64,000 bases of DNA from Lingula anatina (GCA_051362555.1 CM120640.1:23360225-23424224), one strand, 5' to 3'; counted from the first letter of the stretch, positions 35,201-46,900 are shown. Notes: a model not told the origin generated them from the letters alone. Program-made: numbers and translations.

Positions 35201-37195
35201 TGAAAACTAATAGTTCACATCTAATGAAATAGTTCTGAATTAAGAGGTTTTCTATTTAATGTTAATATTTTCAGCTGACTGGCGTGTGAAACCCCTAGTC
35301 CTGTTTGTCAAGCATTGGGCAAAGATTCATGACATCAATGATGCCAGCAAAGCCACTATCTCTAGTTTCTCCCTAGTGCTTATGGTGCTTCATTACTTAC
35401 AATGTAAGGTTTCACTTTTTATTTATGAAAATGTAGCAGAGTCTCTGTGCAATGATTTTGTTTCTTTCTTTTCACAATTTCACATTAGTCATGTAGTGAA
35501 ATGACATTAAACTAGAAGTTCATTTGCTTTTAACAAGGTTGTAATGACAGATGAGCAAAATGCAGTTCTGAGAGGTCATTCGACCAAGATGAGATTTTAA
35601 TGAAAGTGCTGGATTTTCAAAAGTTCTCATGAATTGGTTTTTAATTCTAAAGGTGGCTGTAGTCCTGCTGTGATTCCAAGCTTGCAACAGAAATTTGCAG
35701 TAAGTTCAGAGCAATGGTGCTGCCATTTGTCCTAAATGATACCTCGCTTTCATGTAATGTAGGAATTAAAAACTGTCATTTAACAATAGTCATTAAATTT
35801 CTAATCTCAAAATAATGGTTTCTGTTTGGCCAAAATATTCATGTTTGGAAAAAAAAAGAAACCACAGTTGTTCCATGCGTTTAAAATCTTAATTATGTCT
35901 TTTTTTCAGCACAAATTCTCTGCTGATCTTGACATTACTTCCTTACGGTTGGAAGAGGACCTTCCACCTTTTAATTCACTCAACAAGCAGACTTTAGGAG
36001 AACTTTTTCTTGGATTTCTGGAATACTATGGACAAAAGTTTGAGTATGTGTATAATTGAAATATACTGCAATTCTCTTGATATCAATGTATGGTCATAGT
36101 ACTTAGTCTTTGTGTCAGCTGTACCATACTCATTTTACACTAGGAGTTCCTGGATACAGAAAACCGCTTTTGTTTCACATTTGCTGAAAGCGTGTGTTAA
36201 GATGAAAGAAAAGTCCAGTGTGAAATTGGGCTAGATAAATTTATTATTTCACTCTTACATGAATTGAAGCCTTGCTCTGTGATAGAGTCTTGTATGTTTC
36301 ACAGCACTAGGACTTTTTAAGTGTTTAGACAGAAGCATGGTGCACTTATTTAATCTTGATGCATAACTTGGGCTGCACTTTTTTTAGCTTCTGCTGTGTT
36401 GTTTATTAAAAACCCAAATTCAGTGTTAAATTGTTGGAATTGTGATTAGGTCAGCAAGGATGTCACGCTGTTTTTGAGCACATTGTTAAGTTCATTTGAG
36501 TTCATATCCTGAATTTTGTTTCTGTTTGTTTTACAGGCAGTAGTTTAATTTGTGTTTTTGTTTATTTTTTTATATAGTTTTAAGCATGAAGCCATTTCTA
36601 TCCGTCTTGGCTGTAAGTTGCCTGTAGGAACCATGATGCGACAGGATATGCTGCGAAATCCAGTTTCCCAGTGGAAGTGGCTGTGTATAGAAGGTTAGTA
36701 TGAACATCAGTTCTTTTTTGTTTGAATTGAAGTCAAGATTACAAATCACGGATATGAATGGAAAAATCATATCATCAGGTACAAGTGACATCAAAGAATT
36801 ACATTGAAAAGCAATGAATGGAAAAAATAGTAATTACTTGCTATTTTTTCATTCCTAAAGCCTCCCTTCTCCCCCCCCCCCCCAAAATAAAAAAAAAAAG
36901 AAATAAAAAAAATAAAAAAATAAAAAAAAACTTTTGTTCATTATACAGAAAAATTAAGTTGTTCTTGAGTTACTGAAAATGACAAAGTTTTAAAAAATCA
37001 AATCAGGGAACTAAAAATCCTGTAAGAAAATTAATTTGATTTCTTTTTTCTTCAGAACCATTCAACTTATCTAATACAGCAAGGTCAGTTTATGATGAGT
37101 ATGCCTTCCAAAGAATAAGGAGAGTATTTCGGGTGTGTGCCCTGGAACTACGACAAAGTGGGAATTTGGACTCTGTCTTAACAAATCCTGCATAA
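32207..37195 (+). CDS. TENT2: Cytoplasmic poly(A) polymerase GLD-2 (TENT2/PAPD4), multi-exon
   Basis: Low-complexity N-terminus, then nucleotidyltransferase motif LYVVGSSMNGFGSNNSDMDMCL, IKAKVPILKF, VDLNINNAVGIRNTHLL, VKHWAKIHDINDAS..TISSFSL, and PAP-associated TLGELFLGFLEYY, ISIRLG and IEEPFNLSNTARSV. TAA at 37193-37195. Confidence 0.92.
34900..35140. mobile_element. GC-rich Helentron/HINE-like fragment in a GLD-2 intron
   Basis: Terminal hairpin TGTACCACCAGCG-tagg-CGCTGGCGGTACA (34905-34934) followed by a CCG-rich tract. Its composition is unlike the surrounding AT-rich intron. Confidence 0.45.
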
Positions 37196-37797
37196 TGGTA
37201 TGCCCTACATGCTGCTTATGTAACTATGATGCTACTGACAAAAATTATAAAGGAAAATTTTTGAGAAATGGCTGGCAAAATACATGTATGAACAGATTAT
37301 GTGCATATTTGTGTTTTGTAATGAAAATGCATTGCAGTTGAAAAGGCTTATGAGCAGGAAGTGACTCAACAAGTCCTTGTATTGACACAGAGCCATAATT
37401 TAGAAAGCAGGCAGTTTAGTTGGTCAAAAATATAATGGAAATATAAGTATATGAGTTTTATTCTGTGAACATGAGAAGTAAGCAGAGACAACTAACAAGT
37501 AATAGCCTTGCATTTGAGTATTTTTATCAAACAAAGTTTAGAGATAACACTCCATGCTTCTTAATGATTTTGAAGCCACATATTTGCCAATTATGTCAGG
37601 AAAATTTATCCTACACAGATGATTTCTTCACTCCTCATCAATTCATCTGTCTATACCTCCTGTCATGTTTTTAATTTTGAGTTATTGTTTCCTTTTGTTA
37701 TATAATTTTGAAATAAAGGTGCTTATGAATAACTATTAGAGTCTTTTTCTTTGGGTGGTCCTGTTTGGATTCAGTGTTTATTATAAGTTTTAAAAAA

Positions 37798-39474
37798 TCA
37801 CCAATATTGCCTGAGAGTAAATTTGCTTTTGGTGTCAATAACTTCATATCGGAGCAATTTGGGAAGGCCAAGCAGTGCAATGTCGTGATAGTTTACATAT
37901 TTAGCTATTGTCATAACACAGAGTACTCGCAGAGAGAACACCTTTGCGGGGTTTGATGCCTCCACCTCCTTCACCTCTTGGAACAACTGTTCTTTCCAGT
38001 GATCGTCTGCTTGAATGAGCGATCTGCGCAAGCTCCGAAGCTTGCCCCCTAGGTGTTTTTCAAATGGTGCGAAGGAACTGAAGACCCGTAGTGCTTCTTC
38101 ATTGTCATTGTGGTCAAAGAAATCTCTCCAAATGTTAACATAAGCATGTTTAAGCGCATCTTTCACATCAATTCTATCGTTTGGGTTTAAAGCAAGCAGT
38201 TTGCTTATAATATCCTTTGCAGCCTCCTCCTTATCAGCGTTTCGACCAGCGACTCGGTTTTCTTTTCCAAACAAAGCACCAACAAACAGCTCCAATTTAC
38301 TTCTCCCGCTTTCGTCTGCTTTTTCCTGTCTATCTATTTCACCTGAGACACCTGGTGGGATTTCCGTAAGCATGCCATCTGGCAAGTTACCAAGACACCT
38401 GATTATGGTCTTCAATCCATCAAGGTAATGTTTTGGCTGACATATGAAAACTGGCTTGCCCAATATAATTTCCACCATGATGCATCCAGCTAGAAAACTA
38501 TCTGCTTTTTGCCTTTCTGTGAAGGGCAGGCTCTCCCAACTGGTTGGCTTAATGTGTGCAATAATAGACCGATCGTCTAGTTCATCTCGCTGTTCGAGTT
38601 GTGATGTCGGAGAACGTGTCAAAGGATGAACTGACACAGGTACAATATGTGTCCTGTGTCTCTTATTATAACGACGAGGCCTCCTTCCTGTGCTCCCTGG
38701 GCTGTGAGAGTCGTGCCCAAAAGGGTCTTCTAGGCCACTTGGATCCCTTGTGGTTTCAAGGGCCACTTCATCATTTCTATCAGATTTTACTACTAAATCT
38801 GTCTTGCTTCTTCCAAGTGGCCTTCCGTGCTTACTTCTGTGACTCGGTGTGGTGGGGACTGCTGCCGCCTTGACCAAGTAAAGTAGGTACTCGGGCGAGG
38901 CATAAAAGGCTTGTTTTCCACCAGAAATAGAGTCGCCTCCGACATCACCGTGAACATCCAGTTTTACTCTTCCAAGTCCATCAATCCAAATATCTGTCGG
39001 TGATATGTTCGATATAGTTAACCCTTGTTGGTGAAGGTAATTAAGGGCCGATAAAAATTGAAAAATAGTCCAAGAGATTTCAACGTGGGTGATCGCTTCC
39101 CCAGCTACATCTTTGTAGTATAGGCAGGTGTCAGTAGACTCTATAACAGTGTAGAAATCACTGAAATCATCCACGTTGTTTTGCGGCGTGTAGCAACGCA
39201 AGAGGTTGATCACGTTTCGATGTTTCATATATCTTCTGATCAGTAATTCTCGGTACACCTTGAGCAACCATTCTTTGTCCCTGGTAAGGTTGAACTTAAA
39301 GATTATCACTGGCTTTTGTTCTACGCAGTCAGTCGCTGCGGCAACTACACGGTCATACTGGATATTTTGTCTGTGAACAAACTGGTATCTCAGTGGCAAT
39401 ATAAGGCGATTTTGAGCCACTGGAATCCTTCCTGCATCTTCGTAGTAGAGATCTTCATTGTCCTCGATATTCAT
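37798..39474 (-). CDS. Intronless JNK/SAPK-derived pseudokinase with C-terminal SOCS-box-like motif, 558 aa
   Basis: Open 1677-nt ORF. The JNK-like N-lobe (LRYQ..., VYRELL, MKHRNVINLLRCYTPQNNVDDFSDFY) and C-lobe (YASPE, GCIMVEI, DIISKLLALNPNDRIDVKDALKHAYVNIW) are recognisable, while the catalytic motifs are degenerate. The C-terminus reads SLRVLCVMTI...LGLPKLLRYEV, and a minus-strand AATAAA lies at about 37777-37782. Confidence 0.85.
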   Translation of the reverse strand: MNIEDNEDLYYEDAGRIPVAQNRLILPLRYQFVHRQNIQYDRVVAAATDCVEQKPVIIFKFNLTRDKEWLLKVYRELLIRRYMKHRNVINLLRCYTPQNNVDDFSDFYTVIESTDTCLYYKDVAGEAITHVEISWTIFQFLSALNYLHQQGLTISNISPTDIWIDGLGRVKLDVHGDVGGDSISGGKQAFYASPEYLLYLVKAAAVPTTPSHRSKHGRPLGRSKTDLVVKSDRNDEVALETTRDPSGLEDPFGHDSHSPGSTGRRPRRYNKRHRTHIVPVSVHPLTRSPTSQLEQRDELDDRSIIAHIKPTSWESLPFTERQKADSFLAGCIMVEIILGKPVFICQPKHYLDGLKTIIRCLGNLPDGMLTEIPPGVSGEIDRQEKADESGRSKLELFVGALFGKENRVAGRNADKEEAAKDIISKLLALNPNDRIDVKDALKHAYVNIWRDFFDHNDNEEALRVFSSFAPFEKHLGGKLRSLRRSLIQADDHWKEQLFQEVKEVEASNPAKVFSLRVLCVMTIAKYVNYHDIALLGLPKLLRYEVIDTKSKFTLRQYW

Positions 39475-41375
39475 CGCACCAATAAGTAAAAATCTGCTGT
39501 CAGAATGTGAGCTTGATACGAACCTTCATATTACTTATGGCGCAGCTAGGTGAAAGAACATTAACTTTCTATTTTCGTTCTTCTTGCCCTCGTTATGCTG
39601 TTATTCCCATGCCCAGCAAAGTTCTTTTTTATCGCGTCTTAAGTGGTAAATGCTAACTGCACAAACTGTATGATAGCTAATTAATTTTATTTTTCGACTT
39701 CATTTTGTACCCGGGCAGTTAAATCTCAATAAGTAGGTTCCTGTAAAAAGAAGAACAACAGTTCCTAGAGGCGCAAGACTCTAGCTTAATGAGTTGGAGA
39801 GAGCTTGGGAGAACTCAAAATGAAACGATATGCCTCCATCCCGGAACATGTACCAGTATACTGAACTGTTTGTAGGTTTCTCTTCTTGAATATCTGAAAA
39901 ATAACTCTTGTCCAAGGACATTAAAGATGCAGTTTGTTTTCTGGGCAGCACCTTGCTTTTACATATTTATTCAGACGAGCTGTTTTCTTCGATTACTTTC
40001 ACTCTGAAATTACTGCAAGTGATCAAAGTTAATGCAAGAGCATTATTTGTGCTGATTGTTTACAGTTTCTGTGCTTTACCATTAATGACAAACATATCTG
40101 TTCGGCATACACATTGTAAAAAACCGCTGAAATTTAAAACGAACATTTCTTTTATGAGCAGACAAATATTATTTAACATTTAGCATGTAAGCATTCTTTC
40201 CGTTTTTGTATATATTTATTTTTTGCGGGAGATATACGGACCCAAAATAAAGAATGAACACAACTTGCAATATATGTTGCTGTAACAACAGCCATACAAA
40301 ATCTCGGTTGCCAACCAGGCTTTCTCGGTTGCCAACCATATTGCTGTAACAACAACCCTACAAAATAGAAATACCAGAATCATATTTTATATATCAGATT
40401 GTATGTTTTTTTCTGCAAATGAAATCAAACCTTTTTGCTTTTAAATTTAAAGCATGTCAATGTCTTTCGCTCTCTCTCTCTCTTGGCCGTTATTGGGCCT
40501 ACTACCAACTTTCCCCTATCGTTATTGTCACATCAATGTAATGGATTTTTTTACTAGCAAAACGTGAGCAAAGTCTGCGTTTTACGTAAACTATACAATT
40601 TTAAGGCCAAATTTGCGATAGATTTATGAACCACAAATCCACTAGCTTTGACGAGGAAATGCGTCCATTCTAGACCTTTTAACCTTTGCTTGCCGATGCT
40701 CTTTGACTGGAATCGATACGCATGCGTGTTTACCAATACAGGGGCTTAATAATCGTGCATTGTTTGTTTTTGGTGTTTGATCGGTCTAAATCAATAGTAA
40801 CCGAGAGACGTGATTTCATGCACCACTTTCCTTTTATATAAAAGGTACAACAAAGAGAATTATTTAGCCTGTAATGACTATTGTGCACACTGAACGTCAA
40901 CCTGTTACAGCATTCAGTCGGGTTACAAGTTTGCAGGTGGCTGTTCGGTGAAGTTTGCAACATCCAGGCTAAGATTTTAAAAAGGTAACGTAAAGAGCAA
41001 GACAAACTGACTCATACTTCTTATGTTATTATATAGAGACCCAGGAAATGGAACTGCCTGAGGACTTGAAGAAGATCCATAATAGGTCTATGTAAGGTAG
41101 AAACTCATTGAAGGGACCTAGGAAGTAGAAATAGATAGCCCTACATGTACGTGCGGCGCTCATAAATTAGATTAAATCGCCGGGCACTTAGCACTTTTCA
41201 TGCATTTCTATGGTCATTAATGATATAAAAAGTTGATTTAAAATATTATACGATGAAGTGTATTTCCCTTGTTTCAGGTTAAGCCTGGTTGGCAACCGAG
41301 GAATAGTAAGTATCCTCTAACAGTAACCGTCACCTTAGACCACCGGTGTAGACACCCATAGAAAATAGCAACAAA

Positions 41376-42582
41376 ATGACGACAGTTCGTTCTGGGGTGA
41401 AAACCAGCACTCATAAATTACCCTGGGGAACGATTTTGGTACCAGAATTTGGTCTTGGTCATCAAAAGATAAAACAACATCAAGTAGAAGACTGTGTGAA
41501 TCGCCTACACTACGCCAAGGAGGCGCCCGAACAAGTCACGGTGAGGAGGGACATCAACCCTGACAGAGTCCTAGATGCAGCTGGGATAAATGAAGCGGTA
41601 TGTGAAAAAAATGAAAAGGTCAATCTTTTCCTATAGAAACATCCAAAGTCAAATGAATAAAACTGCCCACATCGTACGTGTCGCACGGGACGTACGTGTC
41701 GGAAAACGCCGGTAAATGTGCAAGTCTGATTCTGGGAATGAATAATTTTGGGTTTCTTCTATTTTTGCAGCAAAACTTTTGAGAATTTTGGCTGATTAAC
41801 ACTCCAATTCCTGCAGATATTTAACGTTGATATGGGCTGACGAGACCAAAATATTGGAACGATCAATTTCTCATTGTGCCTATTGTGAACCAATAAATTA
41901 TTATAGAGTCTAAATAACAGTAGTCCACTACTTAACATCATTATGATATATGATATATGATCCAAACGATATTGGTCTATACGCTTCCCATGTTGAATCC
42001 TAGTTGCATTGGTGCAAGAAGCGCTGCAGAGGATGGTCAGACCCAATATTGGTTTTTTTCGAGAAATAAATTCAATTTTATCCTTAATAATTCAGTAACG
42101 GTTTCGTCACTTCATGATGTTATTTTAATAAAGCAAGTTTTCGACGAGATCACAAATGCATTTGTTGATGTGTTGCAAGGACGTAGTGTTTGTTTTCCAC
42201 CCTGGGTTTCAGAGGACATTGGAAACTGTCTTCTCTACCACCAGCATGCCTCTGCCGTTTCCAGCATGCTGATAGTAAAGTGAGTTTCCAGTGTTCTCTG
42301 AAACTCAGGGTAAGAGGGCGGTAACACAAGGGTTTGCCTCTCAACCAGTGCAGCTTTGAGTGATTAAAGTTCAAATCAAGCGTTAATCACAATCCCACAA
42401 AAACTATTCATACATAAAGGTGATCTTTGCCTCTTTCCTTATAGTTCCTTCCTTTTTTTCAGGTTCTGCGTTTCACAACCGACTCACGCTGTAAGACACC
42501 TGATATAAAGCGGACGCAGGGACATTCTATGTACAAGGAAATGGGTGTGGTCAACTCCTTTGCCTGGAAGGGCTATAACTGA
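41376..42582 (+). CDS. Small uncharacterised protein, about 113 aa, 2 coding exons (41376-41597, 42463-42582)
   Basis: Good start context (AAAATGA) and a phase-0 junction GCG|gtatgt ... tttttttcag|GTT. The open second exon ends EMGVVNSFAWKGYN-TGA, with AATAAA at about 42648. Confidence 0.7.
42198..42312. mobile_element. ~115-bp MITE in the intron of the small gene
   Basis: Imperfect ~29-bp TIRs ACCCTGGGTTTCAGAGGACATTGGAAACT / AGTTTCCAGTGTTCTCTGAAACTCAGGGT. The terminal motif is shared with the element at 42836. Confidence 0.65.
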
Positions 42583-42835
42583 CACAATACAGAAAAAATG
42601 TCTGGCTCATGAATTTTTGCTCAATGATAGCTTGTTGATTTTTTAACAATAAATTTCAGTCGACGGATCTACGCATCGTAACGATAAGAAAGTTTGAATG
42701 ACATTGATCTATTTCAGTCTTATATAACTATTTCTGATTTGAAACTACATAAAGATGCTGATTAGGAATAATATTTGATAGACCGAGTCAGTCAATAGAA
42801 GGCCCGCTTAGAAATTAAGCTCTGCCAAGGTTTGG

Positions 42836-42922
42836 CACCCTGAGCTTCAGAGCTAACTTGACACGATGGAGATAGGCTACAGTGAAAAGGTTAGTGTCAA
42901 GTTAGCTCTGAAGCTCAGGGTG
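42836..42922. mobile_element. 87-bp MITE with 29-bp perfect TIRs and 8-bp TSD
   Basis: TIR CACCCTGAGCTTCAGAGCTAACTTGACAC and its exact reverse complement, with flanking direct repeat AGGTTTGG (42828-42835, 42923-42930). Confidence 0.88.
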
Positions 42923-43909
42923 AGGTTTGGTGGCCCTTGTTAAAAATGGGGCCTACTAGCCAACCTCGGTCCTACCACAATAAAGCAAGGACTTTTTTGT
43001 CTTCTCTCGTCAAATTACCTCTACGCAAATTTTTCTAGAACTAAAAGTTGCAAGGCCACGATAGCTATAGCAAATAAAGTTTCATTTGTTATACTACTTA
43101 ATTTATTTATTGTTGTGGGCCTATGCTGTCGAACCGTGCGGGATATGAATTTTGATCGCTGCAGCCTGCAAAATATATTTTGATCTGAGATTTTTATATC
43201 TATTTTGTTATACGATTTAATTTTTATTGGTAGGCCTACAATAAAAATATTTCATATACTAGTAAATATTGTTGTTCGTATTTTTATTTATCGTTTGTAA
43301 AAGGGTGGGAGTCATTTAGAGAACTCCATACTTTAAATTGTACCTTGAAACAAGTAGGATTTTGCCCGTCCATTTTGAACATGAAGTTTCCCAGACTATA
43401 TTTACGAAATAAAAAAAGTACCCTTATGAAAAACCTGTAGATCTATGCTTTAATTATAAGGGATTTTCACCCCGGATGCAGTCCAAATTTCCGCACATTT
43501 CACCTAACATTAGGACTGATTTGGCAGTTCAGACACTTTGAATAGCACAGTATTATGGGGCGTGCAAGAGTCAGTTGAAGAGTAGCGCGACAGATAATGA
43601 CAGGTAATAAGACGCATTTGGGGTGGTGTGACTTCAATGACATTTTTAGGTACAGCTGTTGCAATCAAATCTGCTAATAACCAAAAGATGTGATTTTAAG
43701 CATCAAAAAGATGGTACACTTTAAGCTTTTAAAATTGGGTAATGATATGATCAAAAAGCGAAAATCATCAATTTTAAGAGAAAAAATGCTCAACGAAAGT
43801 TTAAGATCGAAACCAAACATCTAAACGAAGCCTAACTCTGCTTGCGGAGCACATGATGATTGTTATCGTAAGCAAACCTGGATGAGTTTGTGTAACAGAA
43901 TCCCGTGCA

Positions 43910-46900
43910 ATGAAAGGCATTTTAGTATTCAGCGAACTGAATGATATCTTATTTGTTAACACAGACCATGATTTTAAATTACATTTAAGAAGGAAGGCGC
44001 TTGAAGCACAATTAATTCAGGTAAGAAGAAAGCGAAACCCCCTGCCTTGACTCTTACATGTACATGTAGTTGGAATGTTTACAAATTCAGTTCATCCAGG
44101 TAATCCAGTTATGATCCACCCTTCAGCCTTACTCCCTCGCCAAAAGATCTACTCCAGGCCCTCAGGATCATGTTTGATACTTTCCAGTTTTAAATGGCTT
44201 AATACATTCAATTGTAATAAGATATTCTTTGGGATGACTCTGATCAAAAACGTACCCCAGTATCAACCGTACACGGTGGGGAGCATTTGAGGCGGCGGGC
44301 TTTGCAAACCCTGGTTGATGACACAGCGCAGACCCTGGCGGGGTAGGATGATGGTAGTAATGGTGGCGGTGGTGTGGATTTTGGACCCTCCCGCTGCTGT
44401 ATTCACCGGTGTAAATAGCCTTAATTAAGTTTAAAGAATGATGATAAAATTGTTTCAAATTTTAACACTGATGATAATAAATAAAATACTATAAATGCTA
44501 TCCAGGTGTATCATAAACATATCTGAATTTTATTATGAATCTCATTTTAGGCTGAAGACTTCCAGAAGGATGAGTTAGATTCAAATGTTATTGTTCAGCT
44601 TTTCTCACCACTTGTCAACTCACAGCGCTTCATGATAGAGACAGTGAAAAACCCTTACACAAGCATAGAATGCGAAAATGGTTTCCTTTTTGTATTTAAA
44701 CAGGTATAGATTGTTTTATTCTTTGAAAGTTACTAAAAATCAATTTATAATTTGGAGGCAATTTTTTAATCTTCATTAGTAATGATTCGTAATCAGCATT
44801 TTATTTACTTGAAATGTTTGGCTATTATTTAGGATTGTTGATTTTAATAAGAAAATTTTTGCCTCTTCAGTTTCAGGATCAGTTACACATAGCCATCAAT
44901 GGAGATGGATCAGAGGCTGAAGATTTTCTTCATAGAAAGTTGCTCGTTTTCCAAAGGTTGCTCAGTTTTTTGTTTGGTCCAGCCATAGAAAGGTGAGAAC
45001 ACACTAATGAAGAGTGATAAAGCATTTATCTATTTGGATTCTGAGAGTGACACCAAGGTTAATGTCTGTTTGAAAATTTGCAAGAGCTCCATTGCCAGAT
45101 GATCAGCTATAATGTGTTGATAATGCATCTATTGTCAACTACGAGTGATTAAAAAAATGTTTGAGGTAACACAAACAGTGGACTTTTATTCCAGATTGCG
45201 TCCAGACTTGACAGCAGCTCGTAAGGCAACCTGGAGTAGAGTGTCACACCTGGTGGACACGTGGTGCACCCTGGTGGAGAGTGATCAGGCGTTTCTTGTA
45301 GAGGTTAGCTAATAGGCAGTTAGAAAGATGAAAGTGAAACTGAATCAGCTTTTGACAGTTACTTAATTCATTAAAAGTATAGTTTAAAGGATTTTCATTT
45401 TCTAACATTTTCTTTTTAGATAGTCACTGCTAATGTTTAAAGTCACTTTGTGTCTTTTTCCTTTGGTGACTCTATTTTGACCCAAAATTAGTTTTTTAAT
45501 GGATCCAAAAGATAACATTTTTATTAAACCAGGGATGAGCTTTATTTAAATCTTTGATGAGAGTTTTTAAAACTTTTCCTTTGAACACTTCAACTGAATT
45601 ACCTTAAGTATATTGTATGCAGGTACAGTACAATTTTTGTCATATTCTAAGAATTTCTTTGGTTTTCATTTGAACTTTGACATTCTTTTTCAGTTACAGT
45701 CAGTTAAAAAAAGATATTCTCTTTCAGGCCTTTGAGCGACTTAATGTAAACCAGGCAGTAAATGGCATGTGCATAAGTATACTGGAGTCTTGTCTGGAAA
45801 AGCTACGGAGTGGAGAAGATAGAAATGCTATCCATGCATTGCTTCTTGTTAATACTAAATTATTAGCATTGTTTTCAAGGTAAAGTGTTTTTTTAACTGT
45901 TACTACTTATATATCCTCTTAAACTCTCCATGTCACTGAAACTACTGTATGTCACTGAAGCATGTTTTCATCATCTTTTTATCTAGACTCCTGTAAGACA
46001 ATGCTTAGTCTTGCTCTTTTTAAAGAGAACACTCTTTGTAAACATTTTTTGACTGATACTCAAAGTAATGCAGTTGATGGATTAAAAATGATTGAAACAA
46101 TTCTAAATGAGCTTCATGTTCAATTTTTCAGTCGCAATGCATGGGAACTCCAGTCATCAGACATGTTACTCCTGACATTGCTAGTGCAGTCCCAGTTTCG
46201 TCTGACACCAGAGGACGCTAGTGCTGAATTCACAGACACTGTCACACACAATACTGTCAAAGAAACAAAAACGCCGTTACTCAGAAAGAAAACTCTCAGT
46301 TTTCAGAGTCTAGCAGATGATGATAGTAATGAAAGTGACCAAGAGCAGGTGGTTCAATTAAGCTTTGATTCTATAACTCCAGACAAATAAATCTAATTGT
46401 GCATTTCTTTTCTTAATTTTTTGGCCCTTATTTATTTAAAATATATATATTTATTAATAAATTGATTTTTTAAAACCTGAAATACTCTATGTAACAGATT
46501 TTAATGACTATTTTGACAGTTTTCATTTATATGGCCAATCAGCTAGAATGCCCTCATTCATTTAAAACTTAGTAACCGTAGTTGTTCTTACCTAATTGTT
46601 TAGATTTTTAAACATGTCATATCTTAATAACTAAAAGTTCTACCATAGTTATCAGGCATAAAAAAAATTGATTTTGCTTCAAATTACCAGCATTTTTATT
46701 TTTTTGATCTGTCAGTGAATAATATTTTGTGGTTCTATATAATTCAGTTCTTTGACCCAAGAGCAACTCCTGTTGATGATAGTAATACCTCAGTCCACAC
46801 CCCACCATTACCAGGAGGAGCGTTGGAAGTTGGTAGGCATCTTTTTGTATTTTATATGTTAATATTAACTGTTGTTGTATTTTTTGAGCATATCAGTATC

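Noticed and set aside
43381-43440. ATG AAG TTT CCC as an HPS1 start
   Set aside because: The ORF closes quickly, whereas the ATG at 43910 gives the HPS1-like N-terminus and a strong donor.
44270-44430. GC-rich patch and His/Pro-rich ORF in HPS1 intron 1
   Set aside because: It is probably a repeat fragment. I could not define termini, a TSD or splice support.
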